DNA of 64,000 bases from Escherichia coli (GCF_024298765.1 NZ_CP101210.1); one strand, 5' to 3'. Positions 47,703-60,835 are shown, numbered from the stretch's first letter. Numbers and translations are program-made. Notes: generated from the sequence alone by a model not told the origin.

Positions 47703-48224
47703 ATGAAACGTTTTAGTCTGGCCATTCTGGCGCTGGTTGTTGCGACCGGCGCACAAGCTGCCAGTGAAAAAGTCGAGATGAACCTCGTCACGTCGCAAGG
47801 GGTTGGGCAGTCAATTGGTAGCGTCACCATTACTGAAACCGATAAAGGTCTGGAGTTTTCGCCCGATCTGAAAGCATTACCTCCCGGTGAACATGGCTTC
47901 CATATTCATGCCAAAGGAAGCTGCCAGCCAGCCACCAAAGATGGCAAAGCCAGCGCCGCAGAATCCGCAGGCGGGCATCTTGATCCACAAAATACCGGTA
48001 AACATGAAGGGCCAGAAGGTGCCGGGCATTTAGGCGATCTGCCTGCACTGGTAGTCAATAATGACGGCAAGGCGACCGATGCCGTCATCGCGCCTCGTCT
48101 GAAATCACTGGATGAAGTCAAAGACAAAGCGCTGATGGTCCACGTTGGCGGCGATAATATGTCCGATCAACCCAAACCGCTGGGCGGTGGCGGTGAACGC
48201 TATGCCTGTGGTGTAATTAAGTAA
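47703..48224 (+). CDS. sodC: Periplasmic Cu,Zn-superoxide dismutase (173 aa)
   Basis: ORF 47652-48224 trimmed to MKRFSLAILALVVATGAQA (signal peptide); His-rich metal-binding motifs. Confidence 0.93.
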   Translation: MKRFSLAILALVVATGAQAASEKVEMNLVTSQGVGQSIGSVTITETDKGLEFSPDLKALPPGEHGFHIHAKGSCQPATKDGKASAAESAGGHLDPQNTGKHEGPEGAGHLGDLPALVVNNDGKATDAVIAPRLKSLDEVKDKALMVHVGGDNMSDQPKPLGGGGERYACGVIK

Positions 48225-50237
48225 TTAAGAAGCCAGCGTACCTTGCGGCGGTGCTTGCTCAAGTTGCGAAAGCGAGCAGTACAGCCGCCAGACAATTGCC
48301 GCCAGTTCTCGGGCGGCAGGTTGATGATGACGGGCAAGGCAGTCGCAAATTCGCTGTAATTCTTCAAGTGTGGCCGCCAGTGATTTTTGCTGAACGCCAC
48401 GCTCACTCATCACTCCCCGCAACAGTGAAATACAGTTATCCCGTACTCGCGATAACGGATCGGAACGCGATTCCCAGTCGCGCAATTGCCAGACAACATG
48501 AGAACAGTTCAGCAACACTACACCCCAGCGTAATAACCAACGGCGAGCCAGCGCATCCTGGCTGTTACTCAACTGACTGACGTGATGATAAGTGAGCGAT
48601 TCAAATTCGCTTTCACTCAGTGTTGGATGGCGGCTTAGTTGATCGACAAAATCCCGGCGCAGCGCGCGAATATGGCGGCGGCTTTTACGAGCATCCGATC
48701 CTGGACGCAGAATGGCGAACGCTAACCACGCCAACGCGACGCCAACAATTTTTGCCAGATTATCGTTAAGAAAATCAGCAAAATCATACACCGGGGGATT
48801 AGTGACAGCGATAAACGAACCCATAAAAACAATCAGTTGCCCCCACAGTGCGGCAAATTTGGGCATCTGCAATTTAAGAAGCTGCATTGTCGCCAGCAGT
48901 GGAAAGAGAAACAGTAAAAATTGCCACAGATCGCTAATCTGCACCATCAGGCCAAATTTGACCACAAAGCTGAATAGCGAAAGTAACACCAGCGTGCGCA
49001 TCAGCAGTGACAACGACTTAAACGGTGCCGCGACGGCGGAGTAGAGTACGCAGCTAATTGCTGCCAGCGTTAAAGCATTGGCACCGGCATCCCATTGCGA
49101 AGCAATACTCCATGCGCCAATCATCATCAACGTACAAAATGTACGCAGCCCGCTCCACATAGCTTCGGCGTTATCGGTATGACGAGCCAGGCCGGATGTC
49201 CGTGGGAGTCTGGCACGATCATCTACACCGCTTTGCAGACGATGTAATTCCTGACTACTTTGCAGATAAAGGCGGCAAAAATAACGTAGTCGCTGCCAGA
49301 AGGCGACGTGCCGGTAGTCGGCGACGTTGGTCGGGCGTAGCGGGGAGATAATACGTGCGACGGTGTAAACATCTGTTTGCGAACTGGCGAGCGCCGTCAG
49401 CAGCTGTTCGAGAATTTCTCGCGTGGCATCTGGCGGTGAGGGCCAGTTGAGCAACATACGTCGCAGGCTGGAGATGACACTGGTCATACGTAATTGCTGG
49501 TGGAGTAGCGCATTAAGACGCGCGTTTTGCTGGCGAAAACGATAGTGGCTCCAGAAAGCCTGGATACGCAGCAAATTCATGGTCAGTATCTGCCCAATCA
49601 CCCCTTCATGTGCTGCACGAATGGCATCGGTTGTTTCAGGCCGCCAGAGTAAACTGGCATGTTCCAGTAATCGGGCGTGCATGTTTTTCAATGCGGTTAA
49701 AAGGGCTGTAGCATCGGAACTGCTCGGCAGGATCATCATCATCATGCCGCCGCACAAAATACCGACTATCACCTCGCAAACACGCGCCTGAGCGATATCC
49801 CACAGCTGGCTGGCCTCAGTAATATTAACCATCGGAAAGGCGATGATGGCAGCCGTGTAGCCCGCCAGTTGAAATGCATACGCGACGTTATTCGTGAAGT
49901 GCGCACAGGCCCAGGTACAAAAGCCAAGCCACGCCGACATGCTCAATAGAAAAAACCACGGCTCATTGAGCGTATGTCCGGCAAGAAGCAGTGCCGCAAT
50001 GGCTCCGAGCAAACTGCCAGCGATGCGTCCGAGGCTTTTGCTGATGACACCGCCAACGGTGGGAAAGCTAACCACCGCAGCCGAGGTCATCGCCCAATAG
50101 GGCTCATCAAGATTCAAATAATAGGCAACCGTCAGCGCCAGACACATGGCAATGGTATTGCGTAACGCATAACGCCATTGCGCCAGCGTGGCCCTGAACC
50201 AGGGCAAATTGCGCAAGGACCATGACGATGCGTTCAT
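48225..50237 (-). CDS. ydhK: Fusaric-acid-resistance/AaeB-like inner-membrane efflux protein
   Basis: 670-aa ORF recognised as YdhK. Confidence 0.9.
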   Translation of the reverse strand: MNASSWSLRNLPWFRATLAQWRYALRNTIAMCLALTVAYYLNLDEPYWAMTSAAVVSFPTVGGVISKSLGRIAGSLLGAIAALLLAGHTLNEPWFFLLSMSAWLGFCTWACAHFTNNVAYAFQLAGYTAAIIAFPMVNITEASQLWDIAQARVCEVIVGILCGGMMMMILPSSSDATALLTALKNMHARLLEHASLLWRPETTDAIRAAHEGVIGQILTMNLLRIQAFWSHYRFRQQNARLNALLHQQLRMTSVISSLRRMLLNWPSPPDATREILEQLLTALASSQTDVYTVARIISPLRPTNVADYRHVAFWQRLRYFCRLYLQSSQELHRLQSGVDDRARLPRTSGLARHTDNAEAMWSGLRTFCTLMMIGAWSIASQWDAGANALTLAAISCVLYSAVAAPFKSLSLLMRTLVLLSLFSFVVKFGLMVQISDLWQFLLFLFPLLATMQLLKLQMPKFAALWGQLIVFMGSFIAVTNPPVYDFADFLNDNLAKIVGVALAWLAFAILRPGSDARKSRRHIRALRRDFVDQLSRHPTLSESEFESLTYHHVSQLSNSQDALARRWLLRWGVVLLNCSHVVWQLRDWESRSDPLSRVRDNCISLLRGVMSERGVQQKSLAATLEELQRICDCLARHHQPAARELAAIVWRLYCSLSQLEQAPPQGTLAS

Positions 50238-51094
50238 TATTGACCTACGGCAATGCTACAGGTGGTGCCCGACACCAGCGTGACATCGCCTGGGACTTTA
50301 TCCAGCGTAAAGCGGACGGGAACGCGTTGGGCGAGGCGAACCCAGGGGACGTTAGGTTTCACATCCGGAATAAGGCTTGAGTCACTTTCAACGCTCTGAT
50401 CATAAATCGCCCGACCGATACTGGACGCGTGACCCTGTAACGTTTTGTTATCACTATAGAGGGTAATTTGTGCTGGTGCACCTTCGCGGATATGGCGCAA
50501 TTTGGTTTCTTCAAAATAACCAATGACGTAAAACGAGTGGCTGTCAACAAGGGCAAACAGCGGTTTCCCGGTGTCAGCGTAGTCGCCGATGCGGGTAGTG
50601 AGATTAGTCACCCATCCACTCACCGGGGCGCGAATTTCCGTTTGCGCCAGTTGCCATTGTGCCTGTTTTAGCGTCGCCTGTGCGGCATCAACGCTGGCCT
50701 GCATCGCTTTAACATTGAGGTTAGCGGTATCGAGTTCTTCGGCAGAAATAAAATTTTGTGAGAGATGACGACGACGATTCGCTTCGTTATTGGCTTTTGC
50801 GAGGTCAGATTGCGCTTTCGCCAGCTGAGCCTGTGCGTTCAGCTCGGCGATCTGAAAGGGCGTTTTATCGATCGTGAGCAGAAGATCCCCCGCGTTAACC
50901 AGCTGGTTGTCTTTTATATTCAGCTCAACAATACGTCCCGACACCTGTGGGGTGATAGAAACCTGTTCTGCGCGTATTTTCCCGTCGCGTGTCCACGGAG
51001 ATTGCATGTAAAAATTCCACAGCCACCATCCGGCAAGAACCGCAACTACCGCTACAATGATTGTTGAGAAATACTTAATTGTTTTAATTGACAT
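50237..51094 (-). CDS. ydhJ: HlyD-family membrane fusion protein (285 aa)
   Basis: ORF 50237-51136 trimmed to [19 protein letters not shown]...; overlaps ydhK start by 1 nt. Confidence 0.88.
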   Translation of the reverse strand: MSIKTIKYFSTIIVAVVAVLAGWWLWNFYMQSPWTRDGKIRAEQVSITPQVSGRIVELNIKDNQLVNAGDLLLTIDKTPFQIAELNAQAQLAKAQSDLAKANNEANRRRHLSQNFISAEELDTANLNVKAMQASVDAAQATLKQAQWQLAQTEIRAPVSGWVTNLTTRIGDYADTGKPLFALVDSHSFYVIGYFEETKLRHIREGAPAQITLYSDNKTLQGHASSIGRAIYDQSVESDSSLIPDVKPNVPWVRLAQRVPVRFTLDKVPGDVTLVSGTTCSIAVGQ

Positions 51095-51096
51095 AG

Positions 51097-51333
51097 TTAC
51101 CACGCAATCAGTATTGCCAGAGCAAGGCAAACGCAAATCGCAAACAGCGATAAATCCATTAACAAGGGATGCCAGATGTCACCGGCGTAGATCCAGCCTC
51201 GAAGCAGGCGGTGTATGACAAGCCAGATGACGAATCCAAATGCGAAGGCTTTGAAAAACGGAGGAAAGTAGACGGACGCACCGAACACCAGATCTTGTAA
51301 GGGCAATCCTGTTGCATTGAGCATAAACTTCAC
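51097..51333 (-). CDS. ydhI: DUF1656 small membrane protein
   Basis: 78-aa hydrophobic ORF heading the ydhIJK cluster. Confidence 0.85.
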   Translation of the reverse strand: MKFMLNATGLPLQDLVFGASVYFPPFFKAFAFGFVIWLVIHRLLRGWIYAGDIWHPLLMDLSLFAICVCLALAILIAW

Positions 51334-51527
51334 AAAGTAGATTCCTTTACGACAGAATATATTGCGTTAGATTAATAAATATTCTTTAAGTGCGAAAAAT
51401 TTACGCGCAATTTCTGAAAAATATGTCTGACGGTAACCAAATGCAGCAATACATTTGTTTTAGCAATACAATTGCTGCACACTATTCTAAAAGCCGCATA
51501 ATATCTTAGCAAGCTAATTATAAGGAG

Positions 51528-51968
51528 ATGAAATTGGAATCGCCACTAGGTTCTGATCTGGCACGGTTGGTGCGCATATGGCGTGCTCTGATAGACCATC
51601 GCCTGAAACCGCTGGAGTTAACACAAACCCATTGGGTTACGTTACACAATATCCATCAGTTACCTCCAGACCAGTCGCAAATTCAACTGGCAAAAGCGAT
51701 TGGCATCGAGCAGCCATCACTGGTCCGTACGCTGGACCAACTGGAAGAAAAAGGGTTAATTTCGCGTCAAACTTGTGCCAGCGATCGTCGGGCTAAACGT
51801 ATTAAACTGACGGAAAAGGCAGAGCCGCTGATCAGCGAAATGGAAGCTGTTATTAACAAAACCCGCGCGGAAATTTTACATGGCATCTCCGCAGAGGAAC
51901 TGGAACAACTGATTAAGCTCATCGCAAAACTTGAGCATAATATCATTGAGTTACAGGCCAAAGGGTGA
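51528..51968 (+). CDS. slyA: MarR-family transcriptional regulator SlyA; annotated start may be the TTG at 51534
   Basis: 146-aa [48 protein letters not shown]...; the K-12 form I recall is 144 aa. Confidence 0.93.
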
Positions 51969-51980
51969 AATGAAGGGGGC

Positions 51981-52004
51981 GTGTGGTCAGTAACCTGACC
52001 ACAC
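51981..52004. terminator. Hairpin between convergent slyA and slyB (putative bidirectional terminator)
   Basis: GTGTGGTCAG-TAAC-CTGACCACAC inverted repeat. Confidence 0.5.
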
Positions 52005-52014
52005 GCAAACTTAT

Positions 52015-52482
52015 TTAGCGCGGGGAAACGGTCACCTGACTGCCATTGCTGGCCAGTACGACACGTTGGCCTGGAGAGAAATGAGTGTTCCCTTGTTTCT
52101 GTACCACCATGATGGTGTTGCCATCATCTTTACGAATTTCCAGCTCGACACCCTGCGTTTTGTTCATTGCACTCTGTACGCCCTGACCGGCTACACCACC
52201 TGCAACAGCCCCTGCTGCAGTAGCCAGAGAACGCCCGGTTCCGCCACCAATAGTATTTCCCAGGAAACCACCAAGTACAGCACCGCCAATTGCGCCGATA
52301 ACGTTGGAATCATCACCGCCCTGAATCTGTACCTGACGTACATTAACGATGGTGCCATAGCTGACATTCTGTACTTGTTTCGCTTCAGAAGCGGTATAAA
52401 CATCCCCTGACAGGGTGTCGTTATTAACACAACCGACAAGAGACAGACCTACCATTGAAACAACCAATACGCGTTTAATCAT
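52015..52482 (-). CDS. slyB: Outer-membrane lipoprotein SlyB (Gly-rich)
   Basis: 155-aa ORF with lipobox (LVGC) and glycine-zipper region. Confidence 0.93.
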   Translation of the reverse strand: MIKRVLVVSMVGLSLVGCVNNDTLSGDVYTASEAKQVQNVSYGTIVNVRQVQIQGGDDSNVIGAIGGAVLGGFLGNTIGGGTGRSLATAAGAVAGGVAGQGVQSAMNKTQGVELEIRKDDGNTIMVVQKQGNTHFSPGQRVVLASNGSQVTVSPR

Positions 52483-52755
52483 TGAAAAATCTCCTGTTCA
52501 CCATGAAACGCCACGCAAGCATCCCTCATGGTCAAAGTATATGGCATATGTGAATCCATGGTTACATGTTCTACCAAATATGAGCAAATCATAATGAAAG
52601 TAGGATCAACCAATTATAAACAAAATATTCATGATGATTATTGATTTGAAGATAATGTTTTACTACCAACGGTAAAAATTGGTCATTCCGCATGGTATTC
52701 ACGAAAAGTTTATGTTTGAGTGGTGCGCAAACGTCAGATTGAAAAAGGATGAACT

Positions 52756-53865
52756 ATGAAATCGGGCCGCTTTATTGGCGTTATGTCAGGCACCAGCCTT
52801 GATGGTGTTGATGTTGTGTTGGCGACAATTGATGAACACCGGGTCGCACAGCTGGCAAGTTTGAGCTGGCCGATCCCGGTGTCTCTGAAACAGGCTGTAC
52901 TGGATATTTGCCAGGGCCAGCAGCTTACACTTTCGCAGTTTGGACAGCTTGATACTCAACTCGGGCGACTTTTTGCTGATGCGGTCAATGCCTTGCTTAA
53001 GGAACAAAACCTGCAGGCGAGAGATATCGTTGCGATCGGCTGTCACGGTCAAACCGTCTGGCATGAACCGACGGGCGTGGCACCACACACTTTACAGATT
53101 GGCGATAACAATCAAATTGTGGCGCGCACCGGAATTACGGTTGTCGGTGATTTTCGCCGTCGCGATATTGCCTTGGGAGGACAAGGTGCACCGCTGGTAC
53201 CTGCGTTCCATCATGCGCTGCTGGCTCACCCAACCGAGCGACGAATGGTGCTCAATATTGGCGGCATCGCCAATCTGTCACTGCTCATTCCTGGCCAGCC
53301 GGTTGGGGGCTACGATACCGGTCCTGGTAACATGCTGATGGATGCCTGGATCTGGCGTCAGGCCGGTAAACCTTACGATAAAGATGCCGAGTGGGCACGG
53401 GCGGGTAAAGTTATTCTCCCACTGCTGCAAAATATGCTCAGCGACCCATATTTCTCGCAACCCGCACCGAAAAGCACCGGACGCGAATACTTTAACTACG
53501 GCTGGCTGGAGCGCCATTTGCGCCATTTTCCGGGGGTTGATCCCCGTGATGTGCAGGCCACACTGGCAGAACTCACCGCCGTGACCATTTCTGAACAAGT
53601 TTTGTTGAGCGGTGGCTGCGAACGATTGATGGTATGTGGTGGAGGTGGTCGTAATCCGCTACTCATGGCGCGTCTGGCGGCATTACTGCCAGGCACAGAA
53701 GTCACCACCACCGATGCCGTTGGCATTAGTGGCGATGACATGGAAGCATTGGCGTTCGCCTGGCTTGCCTGGCGAACGCTGGCGGGATTACCAGGAAATC
53801 TGCCTTCCGTCACTGGCGCAAGCCAGGAGACGGTACTGGGGGCTATTTTCCCCGCTAACCCGTGA
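52756..53865 (+). CDS. anmK: Anhydro-N-acetylmuramic acid kinase
   Basis: 369-aa ORF recognised as AnmK. Confidence 0.93.
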   Translation: MKSGRFIGVMSGTSLDGVDVVLATIDEHRVAQLASLSWPIPVSLKQAVLDICQGQQLTLSQFGQLDTQLGRLFADAVNALLKEQNLQARDIVAIGCHGQTVWHEPTGVAPHTLQIGDNNQIVARTGITVVGDFRRRDIALGGQGAPLVPAFHHALLAHPTERRMVLNIGGIANLSLLIPGQPVGGYDTGPGNMLMDAWIWRQAGKPYDKDAEWARAGKVILPLLQNMLSDPYFSQPAPKSTGREYFNYGWLERHLRHFPGVDPRDVQATLAELTAVTISEQVLLSGGCERLMVCGGGGRNPLLMARLAALLPGTEVTTTDAVGISGDDMEALAFAWLAWRTLAGLPGNLPSVTGASQETVLGAIFPANP

Positions 53866-53962
53866 TATCAGAGTTAACTGAATTTTTCTTACCGCGTCTG
53901 CCGTTACACTTGGAACGTTAGGGAGGGCGTATTGCCCTCCAGACCAGGAAAGTCTTCGGGAT

Positions 53963-54292
53963 ATGTCTATGAAAAAACTGTTACTGATCTGTTTGCCGGT
54001 CCTTCTCACCGGCTGTAGCGCGTTCAATCAACTGTTTGAGCGCATGCAAACCGATACGCTGGAATACCAGTGTGATGAAAAACCGTTGACGGTCAAACTG
54101 AATAATCCGCGCCAGGAAGTCAGTTTTGTTTACGATAATCAACTACTGCATCTCAAACAGGGCATTTCAGCCTCTGGCGCGCGTTACACTGACGGAATCT
54201 ATGTTTTCTGGTCGAAAGGCGATGAAGCGACTGTCTATAAACGCGACCGCATCGTCTTGAATAACTGTCAGTTACAAAATCCACAGCGTTGA
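53963..54292 (+). CDS. mliC: Membrane-bound lysozyme inhibitor of C-type lysozyme
   Basis: 109-aa ORF with lipobox (LLTGC), recognised as MliC. Confidence 0.9.
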   Translation: MSMKKLLLICLPVLLTGCSAFNQLFERMQTDTLEYQCDEKPLTVKLNNPRQEVSFVYDNQLLHLKQGISASGARYTDGIYVFWSKGDEATVYKRDRIVLNNCQLQNPQR

Positions 54293-54350
54293 GATTTTTC
54301 CAGGGGCGGCGCACAATAGCGTCACCCACTGACAATCCGTAAAGAAAACC

Positions 54351-55007
54351 ATGTCTGATAACGACGAATTGCAGCAAATCGCGCATCTGCGCCGTGAATA
54401 CACCAAAGGCGGGTTACGCCGCCGCGATCTTCCTGCCGAGCCATTAACCCTTTTTGAACGCTGGCTCTCTCAGGCTTGTGACGCCAAACTGGCGGACCCT
54501 ACCGCGATGGTGGTCGCTACCGTGGATGAACATGGTCAGCCTTATCAGCGCATCGTTTTACTCAAACATTACGACGAAAAAGGCATGGTGTTTTACACCA
54601 ACCTCGGCAGCCGTAAAGCACATCAAATCGAAAATAATCCGCGCGTTAGCCTGCTGTTCCCGTGGCATACCCTTGAGCGCCAGGTGATGGTGATCGGTAA
54701 AGCGGAACGACTTTCGACTCTCGAAGTGATGAAATATTTTCATAGTCGCCCACGTGATAGCCAGATTGGTGCATGGGTTTCGAAGCAGTCCAGTCGCATT
54801 TCTGCCCGCGGTATCCTTGAAAGTAAATTCCTGGAGCTGAAGCAGAAGTTTCAACAGGGCGAAGTGCCATTGCCGAGCTTTTGGGGCGGTTTTCGCGTCA
54901 GCCTTGAACAGATTGAGTTCTGGCAGGGCGGTGAGCATCGCCTGCATGACCGCTTTTTGTACCAGCGTGAAAATGATGCGTGGAAGATTGATCGTCTTGC
55001 ACCCTGA
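54351..55007 (+). CDS. pdxH: Pyridoxine/pyridoxamine 5'-phosphate oxidase
   Basis: 218-aa ORF recognised as PdxH. Confidence 0.95.
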
Positions 55008-55135
55008 AAAGATGCAAAAATCTTGCTTTAATCGCTGGTACTCCTGATTCTGGCACTTTATTCTATGTCTCTTTCGCATCTGGCGAAAAGTCGTGTACCG
55101 GCAAAGGTGCAGTCGTTATATACATGGAGATTTTG

Positions 55136-56410
55136 ATGGCAAGCAGTAACTTGATTAAACAATTGCAAGAGCGGGGGCTGGTAGCCCAGGTGACGGACGA
55201 GGAAGCGTTAGCAGAGCGACTGGCGCAAGGCCCGATCGCGCTCTATTGCGGCTTCGATCCTACCGCTGACAGCTTGCATTTGGGGCATCTTGTTCCATTG
55301 TTATGCCTGAAACGCTTCCAGCAGGCGGGCCACAAGCCGGTTGCGCTGGTAGGCGGCGCGACGGGTCTGATTGGCGACCCGAGCTTCAAAGCTGCTGAGC
55401 GTAAGCTGAACACCGAAGAAACTGTTCAGGAGTGGGTGGACAAAATCCGCAAGCAGGTTGCCCCGTTCCTCGATTTCGACTGTGGAGAAAACTCTGCTAT
55501 CGCGGCGAACAACTATGACTGGTTCGGCAATATGAATGTGCTGACCTTCCTGCGCGATATTGGCAAACACTTCTCTGTTAACCAGATGATCAACAAAGAA
55601 GCGGTTAAGCAGCGTCTCAACCGTGAAGATCAGGGGATTTCGTTCACTGAGTTTTCCTACAACCTGTTGCAGGGTTATGACTTCGCCTGTCTGAACAAAC
55701 AGTACGGTGTGGTGCTGCAAATTGGTGGTTCTGACCAGTGGGGTAACATCACTTCTGGTATCGACCTGACCCGTCGTCTGCATCAGAATCAGGTGTTTGG
55801 CCTGACCGTTCCGCTGATCACCAAAGCAGACGGCACCAAATTTGGTAAAACTGAAGGCGGCGCAGTCTGGTTGGATCCGAAGAAAACCAGCCCGTACAAA
55901 TTCTACCAGTTCTGGATCAACACTGCGGATGCCGACGTTTACCGCTTCCTGAAGTTCTTCACCTTCATGAGCATTGAAGAGATCAACGCCCTGGAAGAAG
56001 AAGATAAAAACAGCGGTAAAGCACCGCGCGCCCAGTATGTGCTTGCAGAACAGGTGACACGTCTGGTGCATGGTGAAGAAGGTTTGCAGGCGGCAAAACG
56101 TATTACCGAATGCCTGTTCAGCGGTTCCTTGAGTGCGCTGAGTGAAGCGGACTTCGAACAGCTGGCGCAGGACGGCGTACCGATGGTTGAGATGGAGAAG
56201 GGCGCAGACCTGATGCAGGCGCTGGTCGATTCTGAACTGCAACCTTCCCGTGGTCAGGCGCGTAAAACTATCGCCTCCAATGCCATCACCATTAACGGTG
56301 AAAAACAGTCCGATCCTGAATACTTCTTTAAAGAAGAAGATCGTCTGTTTGGTCGTTTTACCTTATTGCGTCGCGGCAAAAAGAATTACTGTCTGATTTG
56401 CTGGAAATAA
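55136..56410 (+). CDS. tyrS: Tyrosine--tRNA ligase (424 aa)
   Basis: ORF 55124-56410 trimmed to [18 protein letters not shown]...; HIGH motif (HLGH) and KMSKS-like KFGKT. Confidence 0.96.
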
Positions 56411-56425
56411 TGCATTAAGTGGAAA

Positions 56426-56458
56426 GGGGGAGTGAGAAATCACTCCCCCTGGTTTTTA
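56426..56458 (+). terminator. tyrS intrinsic terminator
   Basis: GGGGGAGTGA-GAAA-TCACTCCCCC followed by TGGTTTTTA. Confidence 0.75.
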
Positions 56459-56468
56459 TACAGGGAAC

Positions 56469-57332
56469 ATGATGAAAAATATTCTCGCTATCCAGTCTCA
56501 CGTTGTTTATGGTCATGCGGGTAACAGTGCGGCAGAGTTTCCGATGCGCCGCCTGGGCGCGAACGTCTGGCCGCTGAACACCGTTCAATTTTCTAATCAC
56601 ACTCAATACGGCAAATGGACTGGCTGCGTGATGCCGCCCAGCCATTTAACCGAAATTGTGCAAGGCATTGCCGCCATTGATAAATTACACACCTGTGATG
56701 CCGTATTAAGTGGCTATCTGGGTTCGGCGGAGCAGGGTGAACATATTCTCGGTATCGTTCGTCAGGTGAAAGCAGCGAATCCGCAGGCGAAATATTTTTG
56801 CGATCCGGTAATGGGTCATCCGGAAAAAGGCTGTATCGTTGCACCGGGTGTCGCAGAGTTTCATGTGCGGCACGGTTTGCCTGCCAGCGATATCATTGCG
56901 CCGAATCTGGTTGAGCTGGAAATACTCTGTGAGCATGCGGTAAATAACGTCGAAGAAGCGGTTCTGGCAGCGCGTGAACTCATTGCGCAAGGGCCACAAA
57001 TTGTGTTGGTTAAACACCTGGCGCGGGCTGGCTACAGCCGTGACCGTTTTGAAATGCTGCTGGTTACCGCCGATGAAGCCTGGCATATCAGCCGTCCGCT
57101 GGTGGATTTTGGTATGCGCCAGCCGGTAGGTGTTGGTGATGTGACGAGCGGTTTACTGCTGGTGAAACTGCTTCAGGGGGCAACGCTGCAGGAGGCTCTG
57201 GAACATGTGACCGCTGCAGTATACGAAATCATGGTGACCACCAAAGCAATGCAGGAATATGAGCTGCAAGTGGTTGCTGCTCAGGATCGTATTGCCAAAC
57301 CAGAACATTATTTCAGCGCAACAAAGCTCTGA
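56469..57332 (+). CDS. pdxY: Pyridoxal kinase 2 (PdxY)
   Basis: 287-aa ORF recognised as PdxY. Confidence 0.95.
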   Translation: MMKNILAIQSHVVYGHAGNSAAEFPMRRLGANVWPLNTVQFSNHTQYGKWTGCVMPPSHLTEIVQGIAAIDKLHTCDAVLSGYLGSAEQGEHILGIVRQVKAANPQAKYFCDPVMGHPEKGCIVAPGVAEFHVRHGLPASDIIAPNLVELEILCEHAVNNVEEAVLAARELIAQGPQIVLVKHLARAGYSRDRFEMLLVTADEAWHISRPLVDFGMRQPVGVGDVTSGLLLVKLLQGATLQEALEHVTAAVYEIMVTTKAMQEYELQVVAAQDRIAKPEHYFSATKL

Positions 57333-57375
57333 AATATCTCATTTCGGCCCACAACGACCTGTGGGCCGATGGCTA

Positions 57376-57981
57376 TTACTTTAAGCCTTCCGCTGACAGC
57401 GCGTCTTGTACTTCCGGACGTTCAGCCATACGTTGCATAAATGCCGCAATGTGCTCTAACCCTTCCAGATTCAGTTTCACCGCGTATGCCCAGCGCAGAA
57501 CCGTAAACAGATAGGCATCAGCAATTGTAAATCGTTGCCCGCAGATCCAGTGCTCATCCTTCAGTGCCTCGTTCACATATTGCAGCTTCTTCTCCAGCTG
57601 CGCGCGAACTGTCGATTTGTACTCTTCCGGTGTATCAGGGCGAAACAGAGGTGTGAAACCTTTATGCAGCTCGGTGGCGATGTAATTCAGCCATTCGATG
57701 GTTTTATAGCGGGAAATACTGTTTACCGGTGCCAGCAACTGGCGGTCGGGGACGCTGTCGGCAAGATACTGCATAATCGCTACGCCTTCCGTCAGCAAAG
57801 TACCATCGTCCAGCAGCAATGCAGGTACCTGTCCCTTAGGGTTAACGGCAAAGTAATCGTCACCGTTTTCGAGACGTTTTTTCATTAAATCCACACTGAC
57901 GAGCGTAAAATCCTTTCCGCTCTCACGCAGGGTGATATGGGAAGCGAGAGAGCAGGCACCCGGTTTGTAGAACAATTTCAT
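57376..57981 (-). CDS. gstA: Glutathione S-transferase
   Basis: 201-aa ORF recognised as GstA. Confidence 0.95.
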   Translation of the reverse strand: MKLFYKPGACSLASHITLRESGKDFTLVSVDLMKKRLENGDDYFAVNPKGQVPALLLDDGTLLTEGVAIMQYLADSVPDRQLLAPVNSISRYKTIEWLNYIATELHKGFTPLFRPDTPEEYKSTVRAQLEKKLQYVNEALKDEHWICGQRFTIADAYLFTVLRWAYAVKLNLEGLEHIAAFMQRMAERPEVQDALSAEGLK

Positions 57982-58031
57982 CGGTAACTCCTTTTGTCTG
58001 TGGTTTAAAGTATGGTAGTGCGTTGCTGAAC

Positions 58032-58065
58032 AAAAAAAAAGCCGCTAACGAAAAGTTAGCGGCTT
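58032..58065 (-). terminator. dtpA intrinsic terminator
   Basis: AAGCCGCTAAC-GAAAA-GTTAGCGGCTT hairpin with a 9-nt A-run on + (T-run on the - strand). Confidence 0.7.
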
Positions 58066-58086
58066 GTAAAAGAGTTTCCCTGAATT

Positions 58087-59589
58087 TTACGCTACAGCAG
58101 CTTTCGCCGCTTTGTCTGCAGCGTCATCCTGCGTCATGCGGTGCAGTTTCGGCGCGGTCAGCAGCATCAGTACTGCAATAACGGCAGTAGCGACACCAAT
58201 CTGCAAGAATACGCGACCATAGACTTCCAGTGACATCAGCGGATCGGTAACGTTATCCGGCACAGCCATCATACCCGCAACATAACCACCAATCAGGTTT
58301 GCACCGGCAGTGGTCAGGAACCAGCTACCCATAATGAAGCCCATCAGACGCTGCGGAACGAGTTGTGCGACCATTGCCAGACCCAGACCAGAGATCATCA
58401 GTTCCCCGATACTCTGCAGGCCATAGCTCGCGACCAGCCAGCTTACAGACACGATACCAGCGTCAGACGCGAATTTCGCACCCAGCGGCAGAATCAGGAA
58501 CGCACCAGAACACATCACCATGCCGATTGCAAACTTGGTTGGCATCGGCAGGGTATCGCCCATCTTGTTATAGATAGCGGCCAGAATCGGACTACCGATG
58601 ATGATCCAGAACGGGTTCAGTGCCTGATACTGCTCAGGTTCTACGGCCAGACCCAGAATGGAGTGCTCAACGTTACGAATCGCAAAGAAGTTCAGTGACG
58701 TTGGCATCTGGCTGTACAGCACGAAGAAGATGATTGCTTCGAGCATCAGGATGAAGGCAACGATCATTTTACGACGCGCAGCACCTTTCATCGCGAAAGC
58801 TTCTTTACCGAAGATAACCACAATACCGAAGGCAACAACGCCCAGCGCCATACGCGCAACTTCCTGATTGTGCAGCAGCCAGGTGGCGATAGCGATCAGT
58901 GCCACAACACCAATAATGGTCAGCAGCAGGTTACGGTAGTTGATAGGCTCGAAGTCTGGTTTTGAACCGTACTGTTTAACCCAGCGTTGGCAGAAGGCGA
59001 AGTTAACGATAGTGATCAGCAGGCCTACAACGCTCAACGCAAACGCAACACTCCAGCCGTATTTCGCGGCCAGCCACGGCGTAGCAATCATAGAGAAGAA
59101 AGAGCCGATGTTGACGGACATGTAGTACATGGTGAATGCACCGTCCAGACGCGGGTCGTTTTTCTCATAGCATGTAGAAAGCAGAGAAGACGGGTTAGCT
59201 TTAAACAGGCCGTTACCGACCGCAATAGCCGCCATACCCATATAAACGATACCGGCGTCGTGACCAGACCAGGCAACCAGAGCATAACCAATCGCCAGCA
59301 CAATAGCGCCGAGCATAATTACGCGTTTAGTACCCAGTACCTTGTCACCTAACCAGCCGCCGATAGCGACCAGACCATAAACCAGGGCACTAAAGGAAGA
59401 GAAAAGGGTGATTGAATCCGCTTCAGACATACCCAGTTGTTTAACCAGGTAAACAGCCATAATTCCTTGTAGGCCGTAATAACCAAAACGTTCCCATAAC
59501 TCAATCGAGAAGATGAGATAGAACGCCTTCGGTTGTTTGAAAGCGTTCAAACTGACGCTTTCAGTTGGTTTTTGGTTTGCAGTGGACAC
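58087..59589 (-). CDS. dtpA: Proton-dependent di/tripeptide permease (POT family)
   Basis: 500-aa hydrophobic ORF recognised as DtpA/TppB. Confidence 0.95.
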   Translation of the reverse strand: MSTANQKPTESVSLNAFKQPKAFYLIFSIELWERFGYYGLQGIMAVYLVKQLGMSEADSITLFSSFSALVYGLVAIGGWLGDKVLGTKRVIMLGAIVLAIGYALVAWSGHDAGIVYMGMAAIAVGNGLFKANPSSLLSTCYEKNDPRLDGAFTMYYMSVNIGSFFSMIATPWLAAKYGWSVAFALSVVGLLITIVNFAFCQRWVKQYGSKPDFEPINYRNLLLTIIGVVALIAIATWLLHNQEVARMALGVVAFGIVVIFGKEAFAMKGAARRKMIVAFILMLEAIIFFVLYSQMPTSLNFFAIRNVEHSILGLAVEPEQYQALNPFWIIIGSPILAAIYNKMGDTLPMPTKFAIGMVMCSGAFLILPLGAKFASDAGIVSVSWLVASYGLQSIGELMISGLGLAMVAQLVPQRLMGFIMGSWFLTTAGANLIGGYVAGMMAVPDNVTDPLMSLEVYGRVFLQIGVATAVIAVLMLLTAPKLHRMTQDDAADKAAKAAVA

Positions 59590-60199
59590 TTTTACCTCTT
59601 TTTTTACATCCCATATTAACGGGGGTGCTTTCTCGCGTTATGCCTAAAAAACATACGCGCAATTGTTATAGTGGGAGGGGAAACGGCAGGTAATGTTCAC
59701 TATCTTGCACTTTCAGACAAGTCCTTTGTAATAATCTGTTACATATAACTGAGGCGGGGAATTCAACCATTCCGGGAAATGTTATCCAGCGTTAAATTTT
59801 TCAAAAAACGTAACGGCAGATTTTTTCACTACCCTGAGAGGGGGATGATGGCTTAACGGCGATATGTTCTGCTATTTAGCGTTTTTCCTAGTGAGATAGT
59901 CCAGTTTCTGAAAAATAGCCAGTGTAATGTTTTGTAGGTCAATATTTGTTGCGTGTGTAAATTTAAATGATTTTAACCTAGTTCTTGCAATGTTTTTACA
60001 TTGCCACAGCATCGTGATTTTGATCACGAATGAATAGAAAATTTCGCTATTAAAAAAACAATTAACCTGCATTTTTGGTTATCCGCAAACGGATTACCTG
60101 ATGATAACGCTAAGCAATGGCATCATTGACGTTAAAAAGATGTTTTAAAAGAGGATAAAGAAAGGTTATCAATGGGGTAATCGGTGTTACCCCTTATCA

Positions 60200-60835
60200 T
60201 TAGATGTCAACTTTCTCTTTGTATTCACAAAGATCTTCAATAATACAAGAGCCACAGCGGGGCTTGCGGGCAATGCAGGTATAACGCCCGTGCAGGATCA
60301 ACCAATGGTGGCAGTCGACTTTAAACTCTGCCGGAACCACTTTCAGTAGCTTTTCTTCTACCTGTTCGACGTTTTTCCCCGGCGCAAATTGAGTACGATT
60401 ACAAACGCGGAAAATGTGCGTATCGACAGCAATAGTCGGCCAGCCGAATGCAGTGTTTAATACGACGTTGGCTGTTTTACGACCTACGCCAGGCAGGGCT
60501 TCAAGCGCAGCACGATCTTCCGGAACCTCGCCATTATGTTGTTCCAGTAAGATACGGCAGGTTTTGATGATATTTTCTGCTTTGCTGTTATAAAGCCCAA
60601 TGGTTTTGATATAGGTTTTCACCCCTTCGACGCCCAGTTCAAGCATCGCTGGAGGTGTATTAGCCACCGGGTAGAGTTTCGCCGTCGCCTTATTAACACT
60701 GACATCGGTCGCCTGAGCGGAAAGCAGTACGGCAATCAGCAATTCAAAAGGTGAACTGAAATTAAGCTCAGTGGTGGGATGAGGATTGTTCTCACGCAGG
60801 CGAGTGAGGATCTCCAGACGTTTTGCTTTGTTCAT
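60200..60835 (-). CDS. nth: Endonuclease III (DNA glycosylase/AP lyase)
   Basis: 211-aa ORF with HhH motif and C-terminal 4Fe-4S Cys cluster. Confidence 0.96.
   Translation of the reverse strand: MNKAKRLEILTRLRENNPHPTTELNFSSPFELLIAVLLSAQATDVSVNKATAKLYPVANTPPAMLELGVEGVKTYIKTIGLYNSKAENIIKTCRILLEQHNGEVPEDRAALEALPGVGRKTANVVLNTAFGWPTIAVDTHIFRVCNRTQFAPGKNVEQVEEKLLKVVPAEFKVDCHHWLILHGRYTCIARKPRCGSCIIEDLCEYKEKVDI

Noticed and set aside
55301-56242. 313-aa - strand ORF
   Set aside because: It is antisense to tyrS and is a shadow ORF.
59590-60199. 610-bp gap between dtpA and nth, considered as a possible insertion site or hidden gene (ORF 59872-60072)
   Set aside because: The region is AT-rich promoter-like DNA upstream of dtpA. 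The 66-aa ORF has no Shine-Dalgarno sequence or recognisable features, and there are no terminal inverted repeats or target-site duplications.
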